In this document: in pieces, positions 30,107-40,127 of the stretch
How the letters are laid out: every line of letters begins with the position of its first letter
How positions within the stretch are numbered: position 1 is the stretch's first letter
Source of the DNA: Gemmatimonadota bacterium
GTDB lineage: Bacteria; Gemmatimonadota; Gemmatimonadetes; Gemmatimonadales; GWC2-71-9
Assembly: GCA_039589615.1 (NCBI GenBank)
Contig: JBDHHA010000002.1
Location: forward strand, 25,190 to 89,189
Direction of reading: 5' to 3'
Length of the DNA: 64,000 nt
Notes under the pieces: generated by a model
Told to the model about the DNA's origin: nothing
Databases searched by the model: none
The model's input: only the letters and a program-made list of their open reading frames with translations
Position numbers and translations under genes: made by a program

Positions 30107-30496
30107 ATGGCCGCCATTCAGATTCGCCTCCGGGAGTTCCGGGTCGCCAAGGGACTCACGCAAGTCCAGCTCGCCGAGTTGTGCGGTATGCCTCAATCCA
30201 CCATTTCGCGGATCGAGTCAGGGTCGACGACGGGTGTGGACTTCGAGACCCTGGACAAGGTCGCTGCGGCGTTGGGGGTTCATCCGTCGGAGTTGATCGT
30301 CTACGGCAAGATTCCCTTCGACCTTCGCGGGAAGACGTACGTCATTTCCGACGCAACCGCCGATGCCGATGAGGTGCCGGAGGGCACGTCCGTGGTGTGG
30401 GGGATCGAGGGCCAGGGGATCACCTTCCCCTCGGAGCCTGGGGAGACCCCCGGGGATATCATCAAGCGGGCCAAACGACTGCTGGGGAAGGGATGA
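30107..30496 (+). CDS. Xre/Cro-C1 HTH regulator with C-terminal extension
   Basis: LREFRVAKGLTQVQLAELCGMPQSTISRIESG. Confidence 0.92.
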   Translation: MAAIQIRLREFRVAKGLTQVQLAELCGMPQSTISRIESGSTTGVDFETLDKVAAALGVHPSELIVYGKIPFDLRGKTYVISDATADADEVPEGTSVVWGIEGQGITFPSEPGETPGDIIKRAKRLLGKG

Positions 30497-30861
30497 ACGA
30501 GACCGCGGCAAACAGAGAGATCGTCGTCGAGCCGTACAAGGTTTCGGGATCGTGGGTCTTTGACTTTCCACCGGCCGGGATGATCGCCCAGCCCTTTGCC
30601 CGTGGCATCCCGGAGATGTTGGAAGTGGTGCTGAGCCGGAAGGGCTTCCAGGGCGTGAAGGAGTTCCGCCTCACCTTCTCCGACGCGCAGTTCTCCGACT
30701 GGGACGGCGAGCTGGTTCAGGTGGAGAACGAAGCCGGCGGCCCGCGGTACCGCCTGGTGGGTGTCGAGGGGGAGCTCACCGGGAGGCTCTTCCTGTTGGA
30801 TGCCTTCTTTCCCGAGCCGCCCCAACAGCTGTACTTCCGCGTCGAACGCATCGCGAAGTAG
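30493..30861 (+). CDS. DUF6717-like protein
   Basis: IVVEPYK..GSWVFD, PF..G..EM, F.LTFS..F, FF..PP.QLY; ATGA-coupled to Xre. Confidence 0.7.
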   Translation: MNETAANREIVVEPYKVSGSWVFDFPPAGMIAQPFARGIPEMLEVVLSRKGFQGVKEFRLTFSDAQFSDWDGELVQVENEAGGPRYRLVGVEGELTGRLFLLDAFFPEPPQQLYFRVERIAK

Positions 30862-30873
30862 TTCTCACGTAGC

Positions 30874-32019
30874 ATGAGGTGCTCCACGGCAGCGCTCGGT
30901 GTCATCCTCGTCCTCTGCGGTGGGGGCGCAGGCGGCGCCTCCGCGCTGCAAGTCGACCAACTGCCCCGTCCAACGGGACCCTTTGCGGTGGGTACCACCG
31001 TGAGGCAGTGGACGGACTCGACCCGCCTCGAGCGATTCACCGGAGATCCCCACGATCACCGAGTACTCGACGTGTCCATCTGGTATCCGGCGGCGTTGCG
31101 GTCGGAAAGATCTCCGACGCCGTATGTCCCGAGTCTCGAGGGCCTGGAGCGGGTCATGGGATCGGACTACGTGGTTCGTGTCGGAGGCGTTCGCGGGAAC
31201 TCGACGGTCGAGCCCGCACTCTCTCGCCAGCCGGCGCTCTTCCCCGTGGTCGTGTTGTCTCATGGGTTGGGCTCGCTCCCGATGCACTACACCATTCTGG
31301 GGGAAGAGCTGGCGAGCCAGGGGTACCTCGTCGCGGCGATCAACCACAGCTTCGGGAGTGCTGCAACCGTGCTGGGGAGGCGGGGAGCCCAGCCGCTCCA
31401 TCCCTCCTGGCGCTCTTCGTTCGGCGTGACCCAGGAGGCGCAGCACGCGTGGGAGGAAGGGGCCACGGAGTGGGCCGCCGACATCGTTTTCGTCGTGAAC
31501 CAGCTCAGTGCCGAGCATCGAGTGGGAACGGAGTTCTTCGGCGACCGTTTGGACCTCGCGCGGATCTTCGCGGTGGGTCACGCCTTCGGCGGGTCCGCGG
31601 CGCTATTTGCGGGTCAGATCGACACCCGGATCCGCGGGGTCGTGAACCTGGCCGGGACCACCCGGTCCGTCCACACCCGCTTCCCTGTGAACATCCCCGT
31701 CCTGTGGATGGACCAGCATCGGTCGATGCTGGACAGCATAGGAGTGGTGAGGCGGGATACGGTGATGGGTCGCGCCCGGCTGGGAAGCTATGTGGCCTCG
31801 ATTGCCGGAATCGTCCCGGACCACTTCTCCGACTTGCCATTGGTGTTCGGACCGGCCTCCCAGGGTGTGGGCGCCGTGGCCCCCCGCCGCGCCGTGGAAA
31901 TCGTGCGGACCTATGTGGTGAGGTTCTTGGCCGTGCTGATCGGCCGGGCCGACCCTCGTGAGATGGAGCGCCTCACCCAGCGATACCCCGAAGTGAGCCT
32001 GGAGGCCGCGGGAAGCTAG
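30874..32019 (+). CDS. PAF-acetylhydrolase-like alpha/beta hydrolase, catalytic residues altered
   Basis: LPRPTGPFAVG, IWYPA, LSHG, LASQGY; GHAFGG in place of GHSxGG. Confidence 0.85.
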   Translation: MRCSTAALGVILVLCGGGAGGASALQVDQLPRPTGPFAVGTTVRQWTDSTRLERFTGDPHDHRVLDVSIWYPAALRSERSPTPYVPSLEGLERVMGSDYVVRVGGVRGNSTVEPALSRQPALFPVVVLSHGLGSLPMHYTILGEELASQGYLVAAINHSFGSAATVLGRRGAQPLHPSWRSSFGVTQEAQHAWEEGATEWAADIVFVVNQLSAEHRVGTEFFGDRLDLARIFAVGHAFGGSAALFAGQIDTRIRGVVNLAGTTRSVHTRFPVNIPVLWMDQHRSMLDSIGVVRRDTVMGRARLGSYVASIAGIVPDHFSDLPLVFGPASQGVGAVAPRRAVEIVRTYVVRFLAVLIGRADPREMERLTQRYPEVSLEAAGS

Positions 32020-32090
32020 CCTCCGGACTCCTCTTGCGCGTGCCTTCTGGAAGCCGCATTCTGCCCTAAACCCTTTCAGGGGCTCGGGAA

Positions 32091-32507
32091 ATGGACTTCC
32101 TCTATTCCGACGGTTTTCGCACGGCGCTGCACGTTGCGGGGCGTGTGCTCTTCTGCATGTTGTTCATCATGAGTGGTCTGAACCGTCTCGTGAAGATGAA
32201 CGACATGTCCGCATCCGCGGCTTCGAAGGGCGTGCCGGCGGCCAAGGCATGGACGGCAGTAAGTGGAATCGTGTTCTTGGTTGGTGGGGTGCTGGTGCTC
32301 CTCGGATGGCATCGGTTTATCGGAGCGGGATTGCTCGCGATCTTCCTCTTCTTCTCGGCGGTGCTCACGCATGCCTTCTGGAAGGAGACGGAGTCCGGCG
32401 CACAGACGAACGAGATGGTGCATTTCATGAAGGACATGGCGCTTGCCGGAGCGGCGCTGATGATCGCCTACTACTCCGGACTCGCGTGGCCATTGAGTCT
32501 GGGGTGA
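32091..32507 (+). CDS. DoxX family membrane protein
   Basis: GRVLF..LFIMSG, HAFW, HFMKDMALAGAAL. Confidence 0.9.
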   Translation: MDFLYSDGFRTALHVAGRVLFCMLFIMSGLNRLVKMNDMSASAASKGVPAAKAWTAVSGIVFLVGGVLVLLGWHRFIGAGLLAIFLFFSAVLTHAFWKETESGAQTNEMVHFMKDMALAGAALMIAYYSGLAWPLSLG

Positions 32508-32556
32508 GATAGAGGCCCGCTCGTGAACGGGCCTTCATGAAGCGATAGCTCGGGTG

Positions 32557-32585
32557 GCCCCGGGGTGATTCACCTCGGGGTTTGT
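32557..32585 (+). terminator. Intrinsic terminator
   Basis: GCCCCGGGGTG-att-CACCTCGGGGT then TTGT. Confidence 0.55.
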
Positions 32586-32659
32586 CGTAGCATGAGGGAG
32601 CGGTGCGACGGGCTTTCGCGTGGACAGCCACTTCGAAAATCGCTAATGTGTGGGCTGAT

Positions 32660-33388
32660 ATGGCCGACTATCACCTGATCGTCTCCAACCCGCCGCACCG
32701 CGACATCCAGCATGATCACGCGATCATCGCGGAGTGTCTGGGGATCTCGCCGGCGGAGGCAGGCATGCGGGTGAGATTCCCGGCGCCGGAAATCTGGCAG
32801 GTGGATCTCGACCACGACGTTGCCAAGCAGAAGGCGGAGACGATGTACACGGCAGGTGTGAATTGTGCCGTGGTCAGCGGCTCAGTGCTGGGCGCGGTCC
32901 CCACGCCGCATCACGTTGTTTCGTTCTCCGTTTCGCCAACGGGGTTCACCGCCAAGGTCGACTCGGGTGAGATCGACCTTCCCCGGGAGTCACATGTCGT
33001 GGCGGTCATGTCCAATCCGCTTCCAGTGGAAGAGCGCATGCAACGGGGCAGCGAGTCGGGTAGCCGTGGCCACGTGACACTCCATGTGTTCTTTCGCATC
33101 GACAAGGGGTGGCACGCCGTCGTCATCGACACGGCCCATGTGGATTTTCGAGGATTGGGTGACCTCAAGATGCCTACGGCGATCGGTAACGTTCACAGCA
33201 TCGTGGAGGAATTCCAGAACAATTTCCGGAGTGCCATCGTTGACGAACGCATGATGGGCGTCGAATACCACTACATGGTTCTCGACGGCGTCGTGCTCTC
33301 GAAATTGCTCATCGACATCTCGGACGACTTCGAAAGGTTGGATCCCTTCGAGTTGGGCTCTATCCTCTCGTTCTTGACCGCCAAGTAG
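32660..33388 (+). CDS. Hypothetical protein
   Basis: Long ORF with protein-like composition filling the gap; no motif recognised. Confidence 0.7.
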   Translation: MADYHLIVSNPPHRDIQHDHAIIAECLGISPAEAGMRVRFPAPEIWQVDLDHDVAKQKAETMYTAGVNCAVVSGSVLGAVPTPHHVVSFSVSPTGFTAKVDSGEIDLPRESHVVAVMSNPLPVEERMQRGSESGSRGHVTLHVFFRIDKGWHAVVIDTAHVDFRGLGDLKMPTAIGNVHSIVEEFQNNFRSAIVDERMMGVEYHYMVLDGVVLSKLLIDISDDFERLDPFELGSILSFLTAK

Positions 33389-33398
33389 GCGGCCCGCC

Positions 33399-34490
33399 TC
33401 ACGCCGGCAAGAAGAAGAACGCCACCGCCAGGATAGCATACACGGCCAGGAGCTGCACGCCCTCCATCCAGTGCGTTTTTCCATCCTGCGATATCACTGC
33501 CATGATTCCCACCGACGCCGCAATGGCGACGACCTCCATGGTCGTGAACAACAGATCCATTGGTTCGGGACCGATGGCATAGCTCAAGAACACCAGCAAC
33601 GGGGCCACGAAGAGCGCGATCTGGAGGGATGAGCCCACCGCGATGTTGATCGAGAGATCCATCTTGTTTTTGAGCGCGACGAGAATGGCCGTGGAATGCT
33701 CGGCGGCATTACCGATGATTGCCACGAGGATGACCCCGATGAAGACTTCACTCATGCCGGCCGCCTCGCCGGCGTGTCCTACTGAGGACACGAGCAGCTC
33801 GCTCATGAGCCCCACGGCAGCGGCGGATGCCAAGAGGACGGTGGCCGATCGGGTGACCGACCAACCTCCACTGTGATCCATCTCGTCGGCATGTGGCTCT
33901 GCGGAGCCGACATAGAGGTGAGAGTGCGTCTTGAGTGTAAAGAGCAGGGAGAGAAGGTACGTGGTGATGAGGATGACGGCGATCACGAGACTCATCCGTT
34001 GTTCGCTCAGCAGCGCCGCTTCCCCGGCCACCCAATGGAAGATTGCCGGGATGACGAGGGCGATCGTGGCGAGAAGGAGCATCGTGGTTCCCAGGGCCGC
34101 CGCGATCCGGTTGAAATGCAGAGTGCCACGGCGCATGCCGCCTGCCAGAGCGGCCAATCCGAACACCAAGAGGATATTGCCGATGATCGATCCGGTGATC
34201 GAGGCCTTGACCAGGTCGTACAACCCCGCCCGTAGGGCCATGATGGCGATAATGAGCTCCGCGGCGTTGCCAAAGGCGGCGTTGAGGATCCCACCCACCC
34301 CCTCTCCCACGTGGGCCGCCAGGTGCTCCGTGGCCCGTCCCATCCAACCCGCCAAGGGGACGATCGCCAACGCGGACACGATGAACACCACCAATCCGCT
34401 CGCGTGAAAGACGAAATCCAGCACCAGGGCCAGCGGGACGAAAGCCAGCAGAAGAATCAAGACATTGTCAACAGTGAGGAGTCGCCTCAC
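33399..34490 (-). CDS. cax: Ca2+/H+ antiporter (CAX/ChaA family)
   Basis: GNAAEL and GNAAEH alpha repeats, GSSLQIALF; start 34490 or 34517. Confidence 0.93.
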   Translation of the reverse strand: MRRLLTVDNVLILLLAFVPLALVLDFVFHASGLVVFIVSALAIVPLAGWMGRATEHLAAHVGEGVGGILNAAFGNAAELIIAIMALRAGLYDLVKASITGSIIGNILLVFGLAALAGGMRRGTLHFNRIAAALGTTMLLLATIALVIPAIFHWVAGEAALLSEQRMSLVIAVILITTYLLSLLFTLKTHSHLYVGSAEPHADEMDHSGGWSVTRSATVLLASAAAVGLMSELLVSSVGHAGEAAGMSEVFIGVILVAIIGNAAEHSTAILVALKNKMDLSINIAVGSSLQIALFVAPLLVFLSYAIGPEPMDLLFTTMEVVAIAASVGIMAVISQDGKTHWMEGVQLLAVYAILAVAFFFLPA

Positions 34491-34608
34491 GGAACCCCCA
34501 AGGGAATTAGGTGTCAATAATTTCTTTGCGGAGGCGGCGGACCGCTAGACCGCAGCCGCAAAGAGGCCAGGTGGGCGGCGTTGCCTGCACCTGGTACATT
34601 GCGACACC

Positions 34609-36036
34609 ATGACTGCACCGCGCGCGCAAGAGACTCAAAGAGAAGAGCAGCCGTTCAAGCTCTGGCCGGCCCTTCGGGAAGCCGTGAGGGGATCTCGCCA
34701 GGACTACACGGCCGGCCCCATCGGCCGGGCGATTCTGCTTCTCGCCGTCCCGATGGTCTTGGAGACGGTGATGGAATCCATCTTCGCGGTGGTGGACGTG
34801 TTCTTCGTGTCGCGGCTTGGCGCGGAGGCGGTGGCGACAGTCGGCCTCACCGAGTCCATGATGACGTTGGTGTACACCGTTGCGATGGGTCTGAGTATCG
34901 GTGTGACGGCCATGGTGGCACGACGCATCGGCGAGAAGGATCCGGATGGCGCTGCCCGCACCGCGGTGCAGGGGATCGTGTTGGGTGGGTCGGTGGCGGC
35001 CGTTCTCGGGATCCTCGGGGCGGTCTTCGCGCCCGGGTTGTTGCGCCTCATGGGAGCGACGCCGCAGATCATCGAGCCCGGCGTGAGCTATACCAGAATC
35101 ATGCTGGGAGGCAATGCGACCGTCCTGTTGCTGTTCATGATCAATGCTATCTTCCGGGGTGCCGGAGACGCGGCGATAGCCATGCGTGTGTTGTGGCTGG
35201 CGAACGCCATCAACATCGTGCTCGATCCCATGCTCATCTTCGGCGTGGGTCCGTTTCCGGAGTTGGGAATCAAAGGCGCTGCCGTCGCCACCAACATCGG
35301 CCGCGGCACGGCCGTGGTGTTCCAGTTCTACATGCTGGCTCGCGTATCGGAGCGGGTCCGAGTTGCCGCCCGCCACGTTGGGGTCCGGCTCGGCGTCATG
35401 TGGCAGCTAGTACGCCTCTCGGGCACCGGAACGTTTCAGGTGTTCGTCGGAACGGCGAGCTGGATCGGGCTCATCCGCATCCTCTCAGCGTTCGGGAGCG
35501 ATGTGCTGGCCGGATACACGATTGGAATCCGTGTCATCATCTTTGCCCTTCTGCCCAGTTGGGGCATGAGCAACGCCGCGGCGACGATGGTGGGACAGGC
35601 CCTCGGCGCGAAAAAACCCGAGCGGGCGGAGCGGGCTGTATGGCTGGCGGGTTTATATAACATGGCCTTTCTCGGAGTCGTTGGGGCGCTGTTCATCATC
35701 TTCGCGCCGCAGATCGTTACCGTATTCACGCGGGATGTGGAACCGGCGCGCTACGCCGTCATGTGTTTGCGGATCGTGAGCATGGGTTTCCTGTTCTACG
35801 CCTACGGCATGGTGCTCACGCAGTCGTTCAACGGTGCGGGCGATACGTGGACTCCCACCGTCATCAATCTCTTCTGCTTCTGGCTGTTCGAGCTCCCGCT
35901 GGCCTACGTGCTGGCGCACCCCTTGGGGATGGGCCCGCAAGGCGTGTTCCTCTCGCTGACCCTGGCCTTCTCCTCGCTCGCCGTCATCAGTGCGGTGGTA
36001 TTTCGCAAGGGGCGGTGGAAGCTCCGGAAGGTCTAG
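34609..36036 (+). CDS. MATE family efflux transporter
   Basis: LAVPM, VDVFFVSRLG, RGAGD, NIVLDP.LIFG, GAAVAT. Confidence 0.93.
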   Translation: MTAPRAQETQREEQPFKLWPALREAVRGSRQDYTAGPIGRAILLLAVPMVLETVMESIFAVVDVFFVSRLGAEAVATVGLTESMMTLVYTVAMGLSIGVTAMVARRIGEKDPDGAARTAVQGIVLGGSVAAVLGILGAVFAPGLLRLMGATPQIIEPGVSYTRIMLGGNATVLLLFMINAIFRGAGDAAIAMRVLWLANAINIVLDPMLIFGVGPFPELGIKGAAVATNIGRGTAVVFQFYMLARVSERVRVAARHVGVRLGVMWQLVRLSGTGTFQVFVGTASWIGLIRILSAFGSDVLAGYTIGIRVIIFALLPSWGMSNAAATMVGQALGAKKPERAERAVWLAGLYNMAFLGVVGALFIIFAPQIVTVFTRDVEPARYAVMCLRIVSMGFLFYAYGMVLTQSFNGAGDTWTPTVINLFCFWLFELPLAYVLAHPLGMGPQGVFLSLTLAFSSLAVISAVVFRKGRWKLRKV

Positions 36037-36038
36037 GG

Positions 36039-38954
36039 GTGCAACACGAACCGCTTTCCGCTCAGCGCCGCGCCATCGAGGCGCCCCTCGGGGCCGTGTT
36101 GGTCATTGCGGGCCCAGGCGCGGGGAAGACGTTTTGCCTCATCGAGCGTGTCAATTACCTCGTTGGGCAGGAGGGCTTCGCACCGGCGCGGATCTGTGCC
36201 GTGACCTTCACCAACAAGGCGGCCGAGGAGATTGCGGCTCGCTTGAAATACGCGCTTGGTGCCACGGCGGAGGACGTTACCCGCGGCACGCTCCACGCAC
36301 TCTGTGTGCAGGTTCTGCGGGAGCATGGAGAGGCGATTGGCCTCGCCAAGGGGTTCGGCATTGCGGACGAGAGCTACCAACAACAGACCCTGCGGCGCAT
36401 CGGAGTGCATCCCTCCCGATGGTCCAGCCTGCTCAACTCGTTCGGCCGCCACCGCCTTCGAGACTCCCCGCTGTCGGCGGAGGATGAGACACTGTTCCTC
36501 CGGTACAAAGCGATTCTGGCGCGCCGCAACCTGCTCGACTTTGACGACATCATTGCGCGTACCGCCGACCTCTTCGCCAAACACCGAGAGGTCGCTCGCC
36601 TCGTGGCCTCACGGTGGGACTATGTGCTCGTCGATGAGTTTCAAGACCTGAACCGCGCGCAGTACTTCGTGGTGAAGCAGCTGGTCGCGGAGCATGGCAA
36701 TCTCTTTGTTGTGGGCGACGAGGAGCAATCGATATTCTCGTGGACCGGGGCCGATCCGGAGATCCTGGTCCGGTTCCAAGACGACTTCGACATTCTCGAG
36801 CCGGTGGTATTGGAGAGCAATCGACGCTGTTCGCGCCAGATCTTCGACGTGGCGAGGACGCTGTTGGAGCACAATCCGACGTTGTTCGACAAGCAGCTTC
36901 GGGCGGAGAAGGAATCCCACTACGCGGTGACGGCGCACTCCTTCGCCGACGAAGCGGCCGAGGGTCGCTGGCTTCTCACTGACCTGCTCGTCGACCGGGG
37001 CGAGCACGAGGCCCGAAGGTGGGGTGACTACGCGCTGTTGTACCGCGGGCACCGGGTGGGCGAGCACCTCGAGAGGTTCTTGGTGTCGAACGGCGTCCCT
37101 TGCCGCCTCGCGCGAGGGCGGTCGTTGAGCGACGACAAGGTGATCAAGTTCGTCGTGGCGTCGTTGCGGCTCGTGAGCCTACCGGATGATCCCATAGCGG
37201 TGGAAGTGTTCGCCGAGCAAGTCCTGCCGGAATCGCTGATCCATCAGGTCCGGGCGGTCACGTCGGACGAGGAGAGTCTGGTCGCGGCTATGCGCACCTT
37301 TGCGCGGCAACGCACCAAGGGTGACCCGGATGGCAAGAAGGCGTGGCGCTTCATCTATCACGTTGAGAACCTGGAAGCACTCTATCAGTCCCATACAACA
37401 CTTGCGGGTTTCGTGGAGGAGCTGCTGGCGCAACGTGTGGGGAAGTACCGGAACGCGCTGGAAGAACGCCACGATGAACTGAGTGATCCAGCCGACCACC
37501 CCGAAGTGGCGGCCCTTGCCGAGCGTCTGCGGGTTGCCTTCGCGAGGAGCGCGCGCATCCTGGTAGAGCCACAACGAGGAGTGGAGATTGCGCTGCGAGG
37601 GATGCTGGTGGCGGCCGGGGTTTCCACGGAGATCGGCGGAGGCGGCGATCGAGACCAATCAAACGACGACGTGATCCTCGGAGCGGAAGAGGGGGGACGC
37701 TTGGGGTTGCCCGTGTGTCTCTTCAAGGCGCTCCAGCTCGTGCAGAGCCGTGACTTCGAATCCGTGTTGGAGGATTTCACCGCGTTTGACTTGGAGACCA
37801 CGGACAAGGACGTGGCCGAGTGCGATATCGTGGAGATCGGTGCGGTGCGAGTGCGGGGTGGGGAGGTGGTGGATCGATTCCACTCGCTGGTCCGGGCGAC
37901 GCGGCCGATCTCATCGGGAGCGCGGGAAGTCCACGGCTATTCAGAGGAGGACCTCCGTGACGCGCCGGCCTTCGAGGAGGTGTGGCGAGGGTTCGTGGAA
38001 TTCGTTGGGCACGACGTCCTCGTCGCGCACAACGGCCAACAATTCGATGTACCCGTCCTTCGGCGATCCGCAGAGCCGTTGGGTGGTACAGGGTCGATGG
38101 TGTTCTTCGACACGCTTCCCCTGGCCCGGTCGTTGTACGAGGACAGCGCCCGCCTGACCGATCTCGCCGAGCGCTTTCGGGTGGATGTGGGACGAGCGCA
38201 CCACGCACTCGACGATGCCGAGACACTAGCCACCGTGTGCCGTGAGCTCGGTCGGCAGAAGGTGATTCGGTCCCGCAAGTCCACACTGGTGAACCTGCTG
38301 GATTACCTTGGCTTGGCGCTGGCGCTCGACCAGCGGCCGGCCGATCCCGAAGAGCACCATGTCCTGCGAGACATCGCGCGCCCCTTTACGCTGGGTCGGT
38401 TTTCTGACTGTCTCGATTTCTATGCCACCGAGCGGGAACGGACCACAGCTGGCGCACCGTCCGTCGAGGAAGTCATCCATCGGCTCGGAGGCAAGGAGTT
38501 GATGGACAAGATTCGACGAACGAAGGATGCGGCGCAGCGCTATCCCACCGCCATGGCGCGGCTGCAAACCCTCATCGAGGCGAGTCGGGCCGAGTCGTTG
38601 GCGGCGAGTGTCGGGGCGTTTCTCGAGCACGTGGCGCTATCGACGTCTCGGGGTGCGGACGTCGATCCTCATCGAGTCAACTTGCTCACACTCCATTCGA
38701 CGAAGGGGCTGGAGTTCTCCCGGGTGTACGTGGTGGGGGTGGAGGACAATCAACTTCCGGGCTATTACGCGATGCGGGAGAACCGCCAATTGGAGATCGA
38801 GGAATCGCGCCGATTGCTGTATGTTGGAATGACGAGAGCAGAGGATCGTTTGGTACTCACCAGGGTGGACCGCCGGTTTGGGATGGAATCCGGGGCAAGC
38901 CGGTTCCTCGAAGAGATGGGAATCGAGGCGATGAGGGTGGAGAACGCATCATGA
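36039..38954 (+). CDS. UvrD/PcrA/Rep-type SF1A helicase with inserted DEDDh 3'-5' exonuclease domain
   Basis: AGPGAGKT, TFTNKAA, DEFQD, VGDEEQSI, TLHSTKGLEF, RRLLYVGMTRA; internal FDLETT, AHNG.QFD, AHHALDDA; GTG start. Confidence 0.92.
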   Translation: MQHEPLSAQRRAIEAPLGAVLVIAGPGAGKTFCLIERVNYLVGQEGFAPARICAVTFTNKAAEEIAARLKYALGATAEDVTRGTLHALCVQVLREHGEAIGLAKGFGIADESYQQQTLRRIGVHPSRWSSLLNSFGRHRLRDSPLSAEDETLFLRYKAILARRNLLDFDDIIARTADLFAKHREVARLVASRWDYVLVDEFQDLNRAQYFVVKQLVAEHGNLFVVGDEEQSIFSWTGADPEILVRFQDDFDILEPVVLESNRRCSRQIFDVARTLLEHNPTLFDKQLRAEKESHYAVTAHSFADEAAEGRWLLTDLLVDRGEHEARRWGDYALLYRGHRVGEHLERFLVSNGVPCRLARGRSLSDDKVIKFVVASLRLVSLPDDPIAVEVFAEQVLPESLIHQVRAVTSDEESLVAAMRTFARQRTKGDPDGKKAWRFIYHVENLEALYQSHTTLAGFVEELLAQRVGKYRNALEERHDELSDPADHPEVAALAERLRVAFARSARILVEPQRGVEIALRGMLVAAGVSTEIGGGGDRDQSNDDVILGAEEGGRLGLPVCLFKALQLVQSRDFESVLEDFTAFDLETTDKDVAECDIVEIGAVRVRGGEVVDRFHSLVRATRPISSGAREVHGYSEEDLRDAPAFEEVWRGFVEFVGHDVLVAHNGQQFDVPVLRRSAEPLGGTGSMVFFDTLPLARSLYEDSARLTDLAERFRVDVGRAHHALDDAETLATVCRELGRQKVIRSRKSTLVNLLDYLGLALALDQRPADPEEHHVLRDIARPFTLGRFSDCLDFYATERERTTAGAPSVEEVIHRLGGKELMDKIRRTKDAAQRYPTAMARLQTLIEASRAESLAASVGAFLEHVALSTSRGADVDPHRVNLLTLHSTKGLEFSRVYVVGVEDNQLPGYYAMRENRQLEIEESRRLLYVGMTRAEDRLVLTRVDRRFGMESGASRFLEEMGIEAMRVENAS

Positions 38955-39670
38955 GTTCCAAGCTCGTTGCCGGGGTGGACGGGTCGCGTTCCGGGTGGGC
39001 TTTCGTCATCGTCGACGCCGCCGCCGGCCGCGTTCAGGCGTGCTCGGTGGCGCCGACCTTTTCGGAACTGCTTCTCCAAACAACCTCGTGCGAGATCGTG
39101 GGCATCGCCGTTCCGATCGGCTTGCCCGACACCGTACCAAGGAGGGGCCGGTCGGCTGATCGTGAGGCGCGAGGCTTGCTTCGACCGATGCGCCACGCAA
39201 GCGTGTTCACCGTCCCACCTCGGGCCGTACTCCAGGCGCGCTCGTACGAAGAAGCTAATGAGTTGCATCGAGCCCACTCGGAGGGGGGCATCGGCATGTC
39301 ACGGCAAGCGTACGGTATCTTGCCGAAGATTGCCGAAGTGGACGATTTGATGACCCCGCGCCTGCAACGTCGGATCCTCGAGGTACACCCCGAGTTGTCA
39401 TTCATGGAATTGAATGGTGGGGCGCCGCTGCCCTTGGCAAGGTCGAATGCCGGAGGTGCGCTGGCACGGCTGCGCCTGTTGGGGGACGTCGGCCTAACAA
39501 GCGGGCTCAATGAGCTTGTGGGCGATCTGGGGCAGACGCGTCTCGACGACCTGCTGGATGCGGTGGCGGTCGCGTGGACCGCCGTTCGCGTGGTGTGTGA
39601 ACAAGCCGTGCGGATCCCCTCGGTCGAGGAGGTCGATGTGAGGGGATTGCGGATGGAGATGTGGCGGTAG
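38951..39670 (+). CDS. DUF429 family predicted nuclease (RNase H-like fold)
   Basis: VAGVDG..SGW, PIGL, R.AD..AR, SVF..PPR, EVHPE, DDLLDA; ATGA-coupled. Confidence 0.85.
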   Translation: MSSKLVAGVDGSRSGWAFVIVDAAAGRVQACSVAPTFSELLLQTTSCEIVGIAVPIGLPDTVPRRGRSADREARGLLRPMRHASVFTVPPRAVLQARSYEEANELHRAHSEGGIGMSRQAYGILPKIAEVDDLMTPRLQRRILEVHPELSFMELNGGAPLPLARSNAGGALARLRLLGDVGLTSGLNELVGDLGQTRLDDLLDAVAVAWTAVRVVCEQAVRIPSVEEVDVRGLRMEMWR

Positions 39671-39691
39671 GGCGGAGGCAACCCCTCCCCA

Positions 39692-40126
39692 TCAATCACT
39701 CTTCAGCGCCACCATGGGATCGACGTCCATCGCCCGCTTTGCGGGCAGGTAGCACGCGGCGGTCGTCACCACCACCAGCAGCACCGCCAGGACACCGAAG
39801 GTGATTGGGTCTGTGGCGGTCACACCAAACAGGAGATTGCCCATAACCCGGGTCACGCCGAAGGCGGCCACCAGCCCGAGGGCAATGCCCAGGCCGGCCA
39901 GAACCAAGCCCTGGCCGACGATCAGCCTCATGATGCTGTGATCTGCAGCCCCGAAGGCGAGACGGATACCGATCTCCCGCGTGCGCTGGCGCACTAAAGA
40001 CGAAATCACACCGTACAACCCCACCGATGCCAGCAACAAGGCCACCGCCGCAAACCGCCGCGGGTACATTCGGAGCAGCAGGCGGTACAGCCAGTGCCAC
40101 GGAGTGGATCGGAGCGTCACAGGCAT
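39692..40126 (-). pseudogene. Internally deleted ADOP permease (N-terminal motif fused in frame to last FtsX-like domain)
   Basis: LYRLLLRMYPRRF joined directly to AAVALLLASVGLYGVIS...REIGIRLAFGA...VDPMVALKSD; 144 aa versus ~900 aa paralogues. Confidence 0.8.
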
Positions 40127-40127
40127 A

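Noticed and set aside
35763-36038. Upstream extension of helicase ORF
   Set aside because: Overlaps the MATE gene in another frame; GTG 36039 sits just before the helicase Q-motif region
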